This document shows positions 17,011 through 25,065 of a stretch of 59,239 nucleotides of DNA, piece by piece (position 1 is the stretch's first letter; each line of letters opens with the position of its first letter). The DNA is taken from positions 1 to 59,239 of the IMG/VR virus record IMGVR_UViG_3300030104_003308, one strand, 5' to 3'. Below the pieces are notes generated by a model. That model did no database searches, was not told where the DNA came from, and was given only the letters and a program-made list of their open reading frames with translations. The translations under genes were made by a program, and so were the position numbers. The stretch is from a virus. Taxonomy: Duplodnaviria > Caudoviricetes.

Positions 17011-17390
17011 TTTTCCTCATGTATAAAGCCCTCCTGTTTTAAGTATGCCTTATAAAAGGTGAGTAGGTCGTCCAGTCTGAGCAGACAAAGGCTTTCGCCA
17101 GTAGCCATTCTGTTCTTTCTGTTGATAACAACTGGTACATCGTCTGTCTGTCTGCTCTCACGATTGCGTTCAGCTTGACGCATTGCATCGTGGAAGTTCA
17201 GACGCTCAACTCTTTTTGCTTCGATGAAAAGATTGGGGACGCCTAGCAGGTCTGCACCACCAGACAGAATACCAATAGCACCACCACCTGATAGGGGAGC
17301 TCTTGATGAGTTCAAGCCAGTGGAGGAGTTGATGTAGGTTGCGAGTTCTCGCTCGTACTTGTCGCCTTTTTGTTTTTGTGGGTTGCTCAT
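16953..17390 (-). CDS. Holliday junction resolvase-like PD-(D/E)XK nuclease (Hjc type)
   Basis: KQKGDKYERELA...GADL...IEAKRVERL. Confidence 0.8.
   Translation of the reverse strand: MSNPQKQKGDKYERELATYINSSTGLNSSRAPLSGGGAIGILSGGADLLGVPNLFIEAKRVERLNFHDAMRQAERNRESRQTDDVPVVINRKNRMATGESLCLLRLDDLLTFYKAYLKQEGFIHEEKCQDVLSVEESNESSTSIP
17042..17073 (-). promoter_or_regulatory. Late-type promoter motif GGACGAC-N19-CATACT
   Basis: About 30 bp upstream of the ATG at 17010. Confidence 0.55.
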
Positions 17391-17885
17391 TCATCTACCA
17401 TAAAAAATAGTTGGAGTTGTTTTCTCTTGGAATAAATACCAGCAGTAGTTATCCAACCCTTTTACTTTGTTGGGTTGCCAGTAAAGTCTGCCGACAGACC
17501 ACACAGACTTACACCTCTTCATGTGGATAGCCATTCGTTTGTTGTGCATCATATCAGAAGGGAGCATGAGAAGAGTTGGAAGAATGTTAGGTAAATGAAA
17601 AAGGATAGGCTCAAGGATATGCCAAGTGTAGGGTGGGTTTGTTATGAAGATCGTTGCATTAGTAATATCTCTTCTGTCCAAACGACTAGCATCTTTCTCT
17701 GCATCAGACGAGCCTACACATTCAGCATACTCATCGAGTATATTGATAAGACTTCCATCTCCACAGCAAGGCTCATAGTATTTTTTTCCTTTGATAAAAT
17801 CAGCAATGCAAATTGCTGATTGAGGATCAATAGTAGGGTAGAAGTCTCTCTCTTTTCTCTTGAACAAGGAATTTTTTTTAGCCAT
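17391..17885 (-). CDS. DNA N6-adenine methyltransferase
   Basis: RDFYPT, EPCCGDG (motif I), ITNPPY (motif IV). Confidence 0.85.
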   Translation of the reverse strand: MAKKNSLFKRKERDFYPTIDPQSAICIADFIKGKKYYEPCCGDGSLINILDEYAECVGSSDAEKDASRLDRRDITNATIFITNPPYTWHILEPILFHLPNILPTLLMLPSDMMHNKRMAIHMKRCKSVWSVGRLYWQPNKVKGLDNYCWYLFQEKTTPTIFYGR

Positions 17886-18181
17886 TACTCTTCTTCATAC
17901 CCTCTCTTCTTTCTACACTCACGGCAGTAGAACCACATTTTAGGGCGAGGGGTTTCGTCAAGACAATCAAGGCATGGTCTGTTCCACATCTTTATGTCTG
18001 TGTCTCTCTTAAGCTGGTACTTAGCACCATCGAACTCCTGAAGTCCTTCACGAACCAACATTCTTTTTAGTGTATCAACGCAAACTCCGACTTTCTCTGC
18101 CATCGTTGCGTATGTTGTTTTCCTATGGTTCTCTCTTAGCCAGTGCAGTTCCCTCTCATCAATCTCTATTGGCTTCGGCAA
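17885..18181 (-). CDS. HTH plus C-terminal CxxC...CxxC protein, putative transcription factor
   Basis: TYATMAEKVGVCVDTLKRMLVREGL; CLDC...CREC; GGAG SD before TTG 18181. Confidence 0.6.
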   Translation of the reverse strand: MPKPIEIDERELHWLRENHRKTTYATMAEKVGVCVDTLKRMLVREGLQEFDGAKYQLKRDTDIKMWNRPCLDCLDETPRPKMWFYCRECRKKRGYEEE

Positions 18182-18272
18182 ATCTGCTCCATATCTACCT
18201 CCGTACAAACAGATATACACCTATCTATAATGCTTAGTCAATTAGGAATACAAACTTTTTTAAAAAAGGGGG

Positions 18273-18301
18273 TTGATTTTTTTGTCGCCAATGTGTATAA
18301 A
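18273..18301 (+). promoter_or_regulatory. Putative sigma70 promoter
   Basis: TTGATT-N17-TATAAA with upstream TG. Confidence 0.5.
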
Positions 18302-18379
18302 CGCTGAGAGCGACTTGAAGCGAGGCGTGATTCAGCCCCTTGTGGGGGCTGAAACTAAGCCGAGAAGAAACAAGCGAAC

Positions 18380-18550
18380 ATGAGTGACAAGCGAAGCGTT
18401 TATAAATTTAAAACGATTGGTCAGCAGAAAAAGATTGACGACAATCGCAAGAAATTCCCAGAGGTAGCTAGGATAATAGATGACATTCGAAAGTATTTTC
18501 CAGGGGCTAAAGTTGTTGGGATTTACAAGAAGGGATATTTCCGAAAATAA
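18380..18550 (+). CDS. Small basic hypothetical protein, 56 aa
   Basis: MSDKRSV...NRKKFPEVARIIDDIRKYFPGAKV; hand translated. Confidence 0.55.
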   Translation: MSDKRSVYKFKTIGQQKKIDDNRKKFPEVARIIDDIRKYFPGAKVVGIYKKGYFRK

Positions 18551-18602
18551 AGTTTATTATTTAAGTGGTAAGAGAAAAAAAAAGGAAGGAAGGAAAGTAA
18601 AT

Positions 18603-18683
18603 ATGTTAATCTGTCCAAGATGTTACAAAGAAATAATTGAAGGCAAGGGTCATATATGTCAAAGGAAGGAATTAAAAAAGTAA
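18603..18683 (+). CDS. Zinc-finger micropeptide
   Basis: MLICPRC...GHIC; purine-rich SD. Confidence 0.45.
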   Translation: MLICPRCYKEIIEGKGHICQRKELKK

Positions 18684-18826
18684 ACCCAGTAGCAAGGGTT
18701 ATGTTGCAGTTACGCAGACCCAAGCAAGTCGTACCCCCAAAGAGAGGGGGTAAGTCTTACAAGCGAAAGCCTAAACTTCCAACCAATCTTTTATTACGCG
18801 AAGAGGTTTTGCTAAAGCACGACTAA
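18656..18826 (+). CDS. ArfA-like basic microprotein, 56 aa
   Basis: MSKEGIKKVNPVARVMLQLRRPKQVVPPKRGGKSYKRKPKLPTNLLLREEVLLKHD. Confidence 0.55.
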   Translation: MSKEGIKKVNPVARVMLQLRRPKQVVPPKRGGKSYKRKPKLPTNLLLREEVLLKHD

Positions 18827-20684
18827 TCTCTTCAACATCTTTGCCATCAAGTGCCATGTCTTTAGCTTTCTGTTTGGTGCTTGCTGAAGAAACAATACAT
18901 CTCTCGTCTGTTTTATTGTTTGAAGCTAAACCAACCCACTGAACTCTGTCATGGCTATCTGTCCACTCCCTAACTTTTCCATACCTAATCTCCATCACCA
19001 TGTATAGTTGGAAGTCTGGCAGTAGTTTCGTAGATAGCATAGGCCAGACAGGTCTGTCGTATGATCCATCAAAGATTGCAGCATTTTGTTTTGCCGTTTC
19101 TTCGTCTTGATAAACTTGAGTCACACGTATCTGAGTTTCCAGAACTGTTAATTGATTTGTTGATCCAGCTTCTCTTCCAACCCCAGTCTCACTTGGCTTG
19201 TTGCTGTGGTGAACAAGGATAACAGCATAACCAGAGTTACGCAGACGTACTGCAAGCTGATTGACCTTCGCCCATTCGTCTGCTGAATTTTCCATTAGAC
19301 CTGGGTAAGCTGTTCTTATGGTATCAATCACAATAGCGTCTGGCTTAATGTGATCTACCCAACCTTGCAATTCTATGAGCCCTTCTTTAGTACGAAGGTT
19401 CATCTCATGGTTATCGACAAAGGGTGTCCAGATTTGCAAGCGATCTTGTGTATCGCCATGTACTTGTTTCATTTCAAGCAATCGTCTGGCAATGGTAGAC
19501 ATACCCATCTCGAAGTCGAGATACAAAACCTTTGAAGGTTTTGTTATCTCAAAACAACCAAAGTATTTCCTTCCACTAGCCAATGAAGCCATAGCGTTTT
19601 GAACGAATAAAGATTTACCATGTCCACTATACCCATACACTTGCACGATTGAAGCAGGGGTAAGCCAAGGTTCTATAAGATATTGACGAGCTTCTGACTT
19701 ATCAGCCAATGCTTGAGCATCTTCCATAAGAATAAGTCTTCTCTGTCTGCCATTCCCATTCGCCTCGTCTTTTGCTTCCTCGATCTTCTTTCTGTGAATA
19801 TACTCACCCTTCTCATCAAATCGGTCTGGGTGATTACGTCTTTCACTTTCCTCCATGCTCCTAACTGTAGCTTCAAACTCAGCTTCTTGCAGTTGTTCTT
19901 CAAAAAACTCAGTCATAAAAGCATATCCCCTTACCCTTAACTCAGCCCCAAAGTTTCCTTCAAGAATTTGTTCAGAGATATACTTCATTACTCTTTCATT
20001 CCTACCATTACCAACACCAGTTGGTATCTTCATTGTGCTAGGGTAGGTTTCTCGGACGTACTTAGCAGTGCGATCCCATTCCGAAATAAATTCTTGGGGG
20101 TTCATGGCAACAACATCAGACAAGTCCAACTCATTAAAGCTGAAATCACCCTCAGTCTTTTCTTTAAGTGTCGGTTTCCAGTCTTTCCAAATTGGCATCT
20201 CGTCTGGGTCTAAGTCAAAGCCTCTTGGAATATCCCACTTATAATTAGTAGAAGGAGGGACTAAAGCATAAGACCCATCCCCCCTAAAATCTAACCCATT
20301 GATACGAGGCCAGTCTGCTCCTCTGCTGTTGACACCAGCTTTCGGTCCACGTCTGATGCCGTCTTGTGGATGTTTGAAATAAAGGTGATGACCTCTCTTC
20401 GTCTTAGCACGGAAAGGTGACTTCATCCCTGCGTCAAAAGCAGAGTGAAGTGCTTCTTCATTGTCACAATCTACGACAACCACTCCAGATATTGCACCAG
20501 TTATGAGAGCGATAGGGTCTTCTGGATGTTTTGTCCACCATTCAGTGACCTGTTCCTCCGTTGGTAGTGTGTCTTGGAACTCCTTCCACTTTATTCTGGG
20601 ACGTTTTGTTTCTGGACGGCATGGGATAACAGACCACCCCATCTCTAAATATTCAAGTGCTGCTCCCAAGTTTACGTTGTTCAT
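18771..20684 (-). CDS. Bifunctional primase-polymerase fused to RecA-like (AAA_25) helicase
   Basis: GWSVIPC, VVVDCD, GHHLYF, DFRGDGSY..PPS; Walker A GYSGHGKS, YLDFEM, IVIDT, LVHHSNK; GAGGAG SD. Confidence 0.88.
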   Translation of the reverse strand: MNNVNLGAALEYLEMGWSVIPCRPETKRPRIKWKEFQDTLPTEEQVTEWWTKHPEDPIALITGAISGVVVVDCDNEEALHSAFDAGMKSPFRAKTKRGHHLYFKHPQDGIRRGPKAGVNSRGADWPRINGLDFRGDGSYALVPPSTNYKWDIPRGFDLDPDEMPIWKDWKPTLKEKTEGDFSFNELDLSDVVAMNPQEFISEWDRTAKYVRETYPSTMKIPTGVGNGRNERVMKYISEQILEGNFGAELRVRGYAFMTEFFEEQLQEAEFEATVRSMEESERRNHPDRFDEKGEYIHRKKIEEAKDEANGNGRQRRLILMEDAQALADKSEARQYLIEPWLTPASIVQVYGYSGHGKSLFVQNAMASLASGRKYFGCFEITKPSKVLYLDFEMGMSTIARRLLEMKQVHGDTQDRLQIWTPFVDNHEMNLRTKEGLIELQGWVDHIKPDAIVIDTIRTAYPGLMENSADEWAKVNQLAVRLRNSGYAVILVHHSNKPSETGVGREAGSTNQLTVLETQIRVTQVYQDEETAKQNAAIFDGSYDRPVWPMLSTKLLPDFQLYMVMEIRYGKVREWTDSHDRVQWVGLASNNKTDERCIVSSASTKQKAKDMALDGKDVEEISRALAKPLRVIKDWLEV

Positions 20685-20877
20685 GTGCTTTCTCCTCAAA
20701 GTATATATTAAAATTGAGATCAGGGTCAGCACTCTTCAGCTTTTCAAGGAAGGTTGAACGAATATGCCTTTGTCTAATCCAACCATAAGGTGCAGTTCTT
20801 TGCACTCCACAAATTTCTGCCACTTTTCTAGCACCACCCATATCTCTTATAAGTTTTCTTATGTTTAGTTGTTTCAT
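20653..20877 (-). CDS. Cro-like HTH protein
   Basis: LIRDMGGARKVAEICGVQRTAPYGW. Confidence 0.75.
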   Translation of the reverse strand: MKQLNIRKLIRDMGGARKVAEICGVQRTAPYGWIRQRHIRSTFLEKLKSADPDLNFNIYFEEKAHEQRKLGSST

Positions 20878-20997
20878 TTAATTTCCTTTTTTTACTAAAC
20901 CAACAATAAACCTATTGACGTACTGTCCGTACTACTATACAACCAAAGGGTTAGCAAGAGTTTATTTTAGGAACTCGCAAATAGAAAGGTATTGTTA
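20878..20997. promoter_or_regulatory. Divergent promoter region
   Basis: TTGACG-N17-TACAAC on +, TTGCTA-N17-TAGTAC on -; CGTACT repeated. Confidence 0.4.
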
Positions 20998-21780
20998 ATG
21001 AAATTTAGACCAAGTAAAACATCTGCCTTACAAGCAGATGGCCCAACCAAGGTGTTGCTATATGCTCATCATGGTTGGGGAAAAACCTATCAATGCAGAT
21101 TTTATCAAAAGAGATATGGGAAAGGCTTAATCATAAGTGGTGAAGCTGGACTTAAATCTATTGAAGATACTGACATTGATTACATTCCCTTCCTATCATG
21201 GGATGGAGAAAGCAATGAAGAAAAGGGTACATACTCTTTTTCCCAGATTTTTAAATGGCTGAAACATCCAGACTTTTTAAAAACCCAAGGGTACAAATGG
21301 ATAGCTGTCGATAGTTTAACTGAAATGTCAGATAGACTTCTTGAAAGTTTGGAAGAGAAGTTTGATGGAGACAAGAATGGTTATAAGCTTTGGGGAGAAT
21401 ATGATGCTCAAATGACTGGTCATTTAAAGATGATTAGGGATTTGCCTGTTCATGTCTTTGTGACTTGCCTTGCGAAAGAAGAGGCAGATGCTAATGGCGT
21501 TACACAATACTGGCCTCATATTAAAGGCAAGGGTGTTGCGAAAAGAATACCTGCAATCTTTGACCATGTTTTTTGTGGCGTAAGGACGACAGAGAAAACA
21601 GATGGTGGTCATCCGAAAGTCAGACGAATGTTTTGTACTGATGAGATTAATGGATGGCATGGCAAGAGCCGTGATCCACAAAGACGTCTTAAAGCAATCG
21701 AAGAATGTGATGACGTCACAGAACTTCTGGCAAAAATGTCAGAGACAAAAGAGCAATTTGCAAAAAGGAGAGTAGCATGA
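20998..21780 (+). CDS. Sak4-like (AAA_24) ATPase/recombinase
   Basis: KVLLYAHHGWGKT, IISGEAG, AVDSLTE, FDHV, GKSRD. Confidence 0.8.
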   Translation: MKFRPSKTSALQADGPTKVLLYAHHGWGKTYQCRFYQKRYGKGLIISGEAGLKSIEDTDIDYIPFLSWDGESNEEKGTYSFSQIFKWLKHPDFLKTQGYKWIAVDSLTEMSDRLLESLEEKFDGDKNGYKLWGEYDAQMTGHLKMIRDLPVHVFVTCLAKEEADANGVTQYWPHIKGKGVAKRIPAIFDHVFCGVRTTEKTDGGHPKVRRMFCTDEINGWHGKSRDPQRRLKAIEECDDVTELLAKMSETKEQFAKRRVA

Positions 21781-22220
21781 GTTTCGATTTTGAAGCATTA
21801 GATTTATCAGCAGTAGAAGCCGACAAGGGAGCACCTAAAAAGTATCTCGATGTGGGCGATCACGATGTTGTGGTTAAGGAAGCCAGAATGAAAGACACCA
21901 TGAATGGTGGGGGTAAGTACCTCGAATGTACCTTCGCTGACAAAGATGGTCTTACTATTTTGGAGAGGTACAACTTAGTCAACAAGAACGAGAAGGCAGT
22001 AGCTATTGGGAAAGCCCAATTAAAAGCTATGCTTGAAGCGTCTGACCACAAAGACCCCAACAAACCAGGTGGTGTGGATAAGATTGCTGGTCTGCAAGTT
22101 AAGATCAAGGTTGGTCTTGGAAAGAAAAAGGACGATGGATCACAGTGGCCTGAAGTAAAGTTGTATGAGAAGTCTTCTGCAAACGTAGTGGCTATGGATG
22201 ATGATGAGATACCCTTTTAA
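21777..22220 (+). CDS. Single-stranded DNA-binding protein (DUF669-like)
   Basis: GGKYL, AVAIGKAQL, acidic tail DDDEIPF; follows Sak4. Confidence 0.75.
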   Translation: MSFDFEALDLSAVEADKGAPKKYLDVGDHDVVVKEARMKDTMNGGGKYLECTFADKDGLTILERYNLVNKNEKAVAIGKAQLKAMLEASDHKDPNKPGGVDKIAGLQVKIKVGLGKKKDDGSQWPEVKLYEKSSANVVAMDDDEIPF

Positions 22221-22257
22221 CACTGGTACTAACTGTACAATCTAACCAGTGTAACTT

Positions 22258-22298
22258 TACCCCAAGGGGTTTTTTCTCCCTCCTTGGGGTATTTTTTT
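22258..22298 (+). terminator. Rho-independent terminator
   Basis: TACCCCAAGG...CCTTGGGGTA followed by T7. Confidence 0.7.
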
Positions 22299-22308
22299 GA
22301 GGACGAGT

Positions 22309-23133
22309 ATGAAGAAAATAATCACAGCAGATGATATTGTCGAGGCTATTGACGTAGGATATAAAAACAAAAAACCACAAATCGCTCGGCAATACATAGG
22401 GGCGAGTAATGTGGGGACACCATGCGATGCAACCCTTGCCTTTTCCCTTCGAGGGTTTCCCGAACCACAGATTGCTCCCAAGACCCAACGCATATTCGCG
22501 TTGGGTCACCTACTTGAAGACATTGTTGTCAAGGATTTGAAAGAGAACGCAGACGTAAGAGTGTGGGAAGTTGATGGCATGAGTGGTCAGCAATATGCCT
22601 ACGATTTATATGGGGGTCATGTGTCTTGTCACATGGATGGGCATGTTGAGACAGACGATGGTATTGTCCGTGTCCTTGAAATCAAAAGCATGAATGATGC
22701 AAGTCATAAAAAGTTTTTAAAGAATGGTGTGAAAGACGCACACCCTAAATACTACAGTCAGTTACAAATGATGATGGGTATGTCTGGATTTAAAGAAAGT
22801 CTCTTCATAGCCATCAATAAAAATACTTCAGAATATGGTGCTGAGATCATTGAGTATGACGACATCCACTACAATTTTCTGATAAGTAAAGTAGAAAGAG
22901 TTATGAGTGGTGAAGCTACAAAGATCAGTGATAGCCCAGATAATTTTAACTGTCGTTTTTGTTTTAAGAAAGCTGTCTGTTGGGAAGGAATGAAAGTTCC
23001 AGTTCGTTGCTCAACTTGCAAATTTGCTTTCCCAAGAGAAGACGGAGGTTGGCATTGTGACAAGCATGACAGAGAAGCTTTTCACCCATGCCAAGACTAC
23101 AATATATATAAGCCAAAGGAAAAAGGTACATGA
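22309..23133 (+). CDS. PD-(D/E)XK (Cas4-like) exonuclease
   Basis: YIGAS..G.PC, GH..E, HMDG, LEIKSMN, YYSQLQ, CRFC....VC. Confidence 0.85.
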   Translation: MKKIITADDIVEAIDVGYKNKKPQIARQYIGASNVGTPCDATLAFSLRGFPEPQIAPKTQRIFALGHLLEDIVVKDLKENADVRVWEVDGMSGQQYAYDLYGGHVSCHMDGHVETDDGIVRVLEIKSMNDASHKKFLKNGVKDAHPKYYSQLQMMMGMSGFKESLFIAINKNTSEYGAEIIEYDDIHYNFLISKVERVMSGEATKISDSPDNFNCRFCFKKAVCWEGMKVPVRCSTCKFAFPREDGGWHCDKHDREAFHPCQDYNIYKPKEKGT

Positions 23134-23438
23134 AACAAAGAGATAAAATATTACAAGAGGCTCAGAAGTTAATTAATGGAGACAGGCATAAGGATTATGG
23201 TGATGCTTATGATAACCACTTACGTATTGCTCGTATGTGGTCTGTTATTTTGGATAAAGAAATCACAGTAAAAGATGTTGTTCTTTGTATGATTGCCATG
23301 AAGACGGCACGTTTAATCCACGCAAATAAATTGGATTCTTTTGTGGATGTCTGTGGATATGGTGCTATTGGGGGAGAATTTTCTCTTCGTTCAGTTGAAG
23401 GGGAAGGGGAAGTATCTCTCTTTGATAAAGCTGAATAG
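23130..23438 (+). CDS. DUF6378-like protein
   Basis: GDRHKDYG, IARMWS, MIAMKTAR, DSFVDVCGY. Confidence 0.75.
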   Translation: MKQRDKILQEAQKLINGDRHKDYGDAYDNHLRIARMWSVILDKEITVKDVVLCMIAMKTARLIHANKLDSFVDVCGYGAIGGEFSLRSVEGEGEVSLFDKAE

Positions 23439-23543
23439 TAAAGGAGAATTTGTGACCACAAATCTATATCCCTCTGGCTCTGATATGTAGGCTATAAAGA
23501 TTATTAAGATTAAAAGAGCATCTCTTGGTGATATATCCAAACA

Positions 23544-23756
23544 TTAAGTCTCTTCACTTGGTGGTTTTAGAGTTCCAGGTATGACTTGACAGAAAGGCTT
23601 TGCCCTGTACACATTTGGAAATTCAACAGCTTGCTTTGCTTTTTCTCTTGCAGACTGAAAACACATTTCCATGCTAGGGAAAAGTTCACGAGTGGTAATT
23701 ATTGTGCAACTCTCAGCATGCAAACTTCCACAAAGTATCATAATCCCTATCCACAT
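23544..23756 (-). CDS. Small Cys-containing hypothetical protein
   Basis: MWIGIMILC...F.SMEMC; follows endolysin. Confidence 0.6.
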   Translation of the reverse strand: MWIGIMILCGSLHAESCTIITTRELFPSMEMCFQSAREKAKQAVEFPNVYRAKPFCQVIPGTLKPPSEET

Positions 23757-23757
23757 G

Positions 23758-24246
23758 TTATGAACCTTTTTCTACATGTGGGGCATCTGTAAATATAGAA
23801 CGTCCTTGTGAACGCCTTAAATCACAATACTGTCCATAAAGAGCCTCACAAGCTATGTTGCCATGCAAACTGTCTGTCATGTCTGCTACATGCCATGCAC
23901 AACCCCACCTTAATTTTAACTTATTCCTTAATGCTGCTTTCCTTATATGCTCCATTGCTTTGAAGTATAGAGGAAGCTCCCACGACAAACGCCCACTGTC
24001 TGTGTAACAGAAGAAGTCTATCGCATGACTGTATCCGTCTGACGCTTGGGGCAAATGTTTGCTCGCCATAGTCTGCGAAGCCCCAGATTGGACGAGCTCG
24101 ATTTGCTCCTCCTTCGTTCTGAGCCCACATGAAATTCCCATGTCCACGTCTGACATAGCCAGAGCATCGTGGAATGTCTGCACAAGTGTTGGGTGAACAC
24201 CTGCCATATTTGCTAATGATTTCTTTCCAAATTTGTACGGCATCAT
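23758..24246 (-). CDS. Endolysin, M15-family L-Ala-D-Glu peptidase
   Basis: GLRTKEEQ, SKHL, HAID, WG..W, DAPH. Confidence 0.85.
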   Translation of the reverse strand: MMPYKFGKKSLANMAGVHPTLVQTFHDALAMSDVDMGISCGLRTKEEQIELVQSGASQTMASKHLPQASDGYSHAIDFFCYTDSGRLSWELPLYFKAMEHIRKAALRNKLKLRWGCAWHVADMTDSLHGNIACEALYGQYCDLRRSQGRSIFTDAPHVEKGS

Positions 24247-24322
24247 ACCTCCTATGTACAGTTACAGTTGTCTGAGCATTTCAAATTAAAAATTGCACAG
24301 AAAATTCTTTTAAAATATCTTC

Positions 24323-24712
24323 TCATTTCATTCCTTTCGTGTCTGTTTTATTGAATTTGTCTACGCTCCTGAGTGTTGCTATGCCCAACATGCCAGTCAA
24401 AATCGGCATCATCACGGACATATCAGCCTGTGGAACGTCTATTCCAAACCCTTGGCAAATCGGAGAAATTAGATAATTGACCAGTAACGAAATCGCCCCG
24501 ATCCACCCAATCATGGGTCGCCAAGACGACTGAAACCAGTTACCTTGTGCGTCAGCCTTGAGGACTTCTAACTGAGCCATAATAACTTCGTGACTCTGTT
24601 TCTCGGCCATCGTTGCTATCTCGTGGGACAGCTTCCTCTTGAGGTCTTGGTCTGGAATTACTTTGTCTAATATATTTCCTACTGGTTCAATCAACCCTTT
24701 TAGTAAACTCAT
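24323..24712 (-). CDS. Holin of 3 TMs (GTA type)
   Basis: LDKVIPD, SSWRPMIGW, GMLG...RS.DK. Confidence 0.85.
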   Translation of the reverse strand: MSLLKGLIEPVGNILDKVIPDQDLKRKLSHEIATMAEKQSHEVIMAQLEVLKADAQGNWFQSSWRPMIGWIGAISLLVNYLISPICQGFGIDVPQADMSVMMPILTGMLGIATLRSVDKFNKTDTKGMK

Positions 24713-25065
24713 GGCGTTTCCTTATTTGCTTTAACTTTTTCAATCGTAGTTCCTAAGATGAACCCACTGATGCAACCAAACTGAGAAAGAATGAAGGTCG
24801 TACTGACAGGTATCAAGTGGTCAAGTCTCGACTCTGGAACAAACTCTGGAAAGATTAGGATGCCGACAACAACAGTTGTGCATATCGTTTGAAACCAGAT
24901 TAAAGCACGGATCATATCTCGTTTGGCATTGTCGTCTTGGATACGTAACCTTTTTTCTTCTCTTGCCAGTTGAGCATCAATCTCTTCATCGGTTAGAATG
25001 TGATCTCCATTAGCATCAGCCTTATGAAAGCGAGAGTTTTTATCTAGCTTCTTTATCACTTCCAT
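24709..25065 (-). CDS. EF-hand-like motif plus two TM helices, lysis cassette
   Basis: DANGDHILTDEE followed by two hydrophobic segments. Confidence 0.6.
   Translation of the reverse strand: MEVIKKLDKNSRFHKADANGDHILTDEEIDAQLAREEKRLRIQDDNAKRDMIRALIWFQTICTTVVVGILIFPEFVPESRLDHLIPVSTTFILSQFGCISGFILGTTIEKVKANKETP

Noticed and set aside
18732-18752. Hairpin TACCCCC/GGGGGTA as an arfA-type truncation signal
   Set aside because: It lies before the SYxRK core, so cutting there would destroy the motif; more likely tied to convergent termination
22309-23133. Cas4-like nuclease as a sign of CRISPR
   Set aside because: No repeat-spacer array or other cas genes seen; fits the Sak4/SSB recombination module
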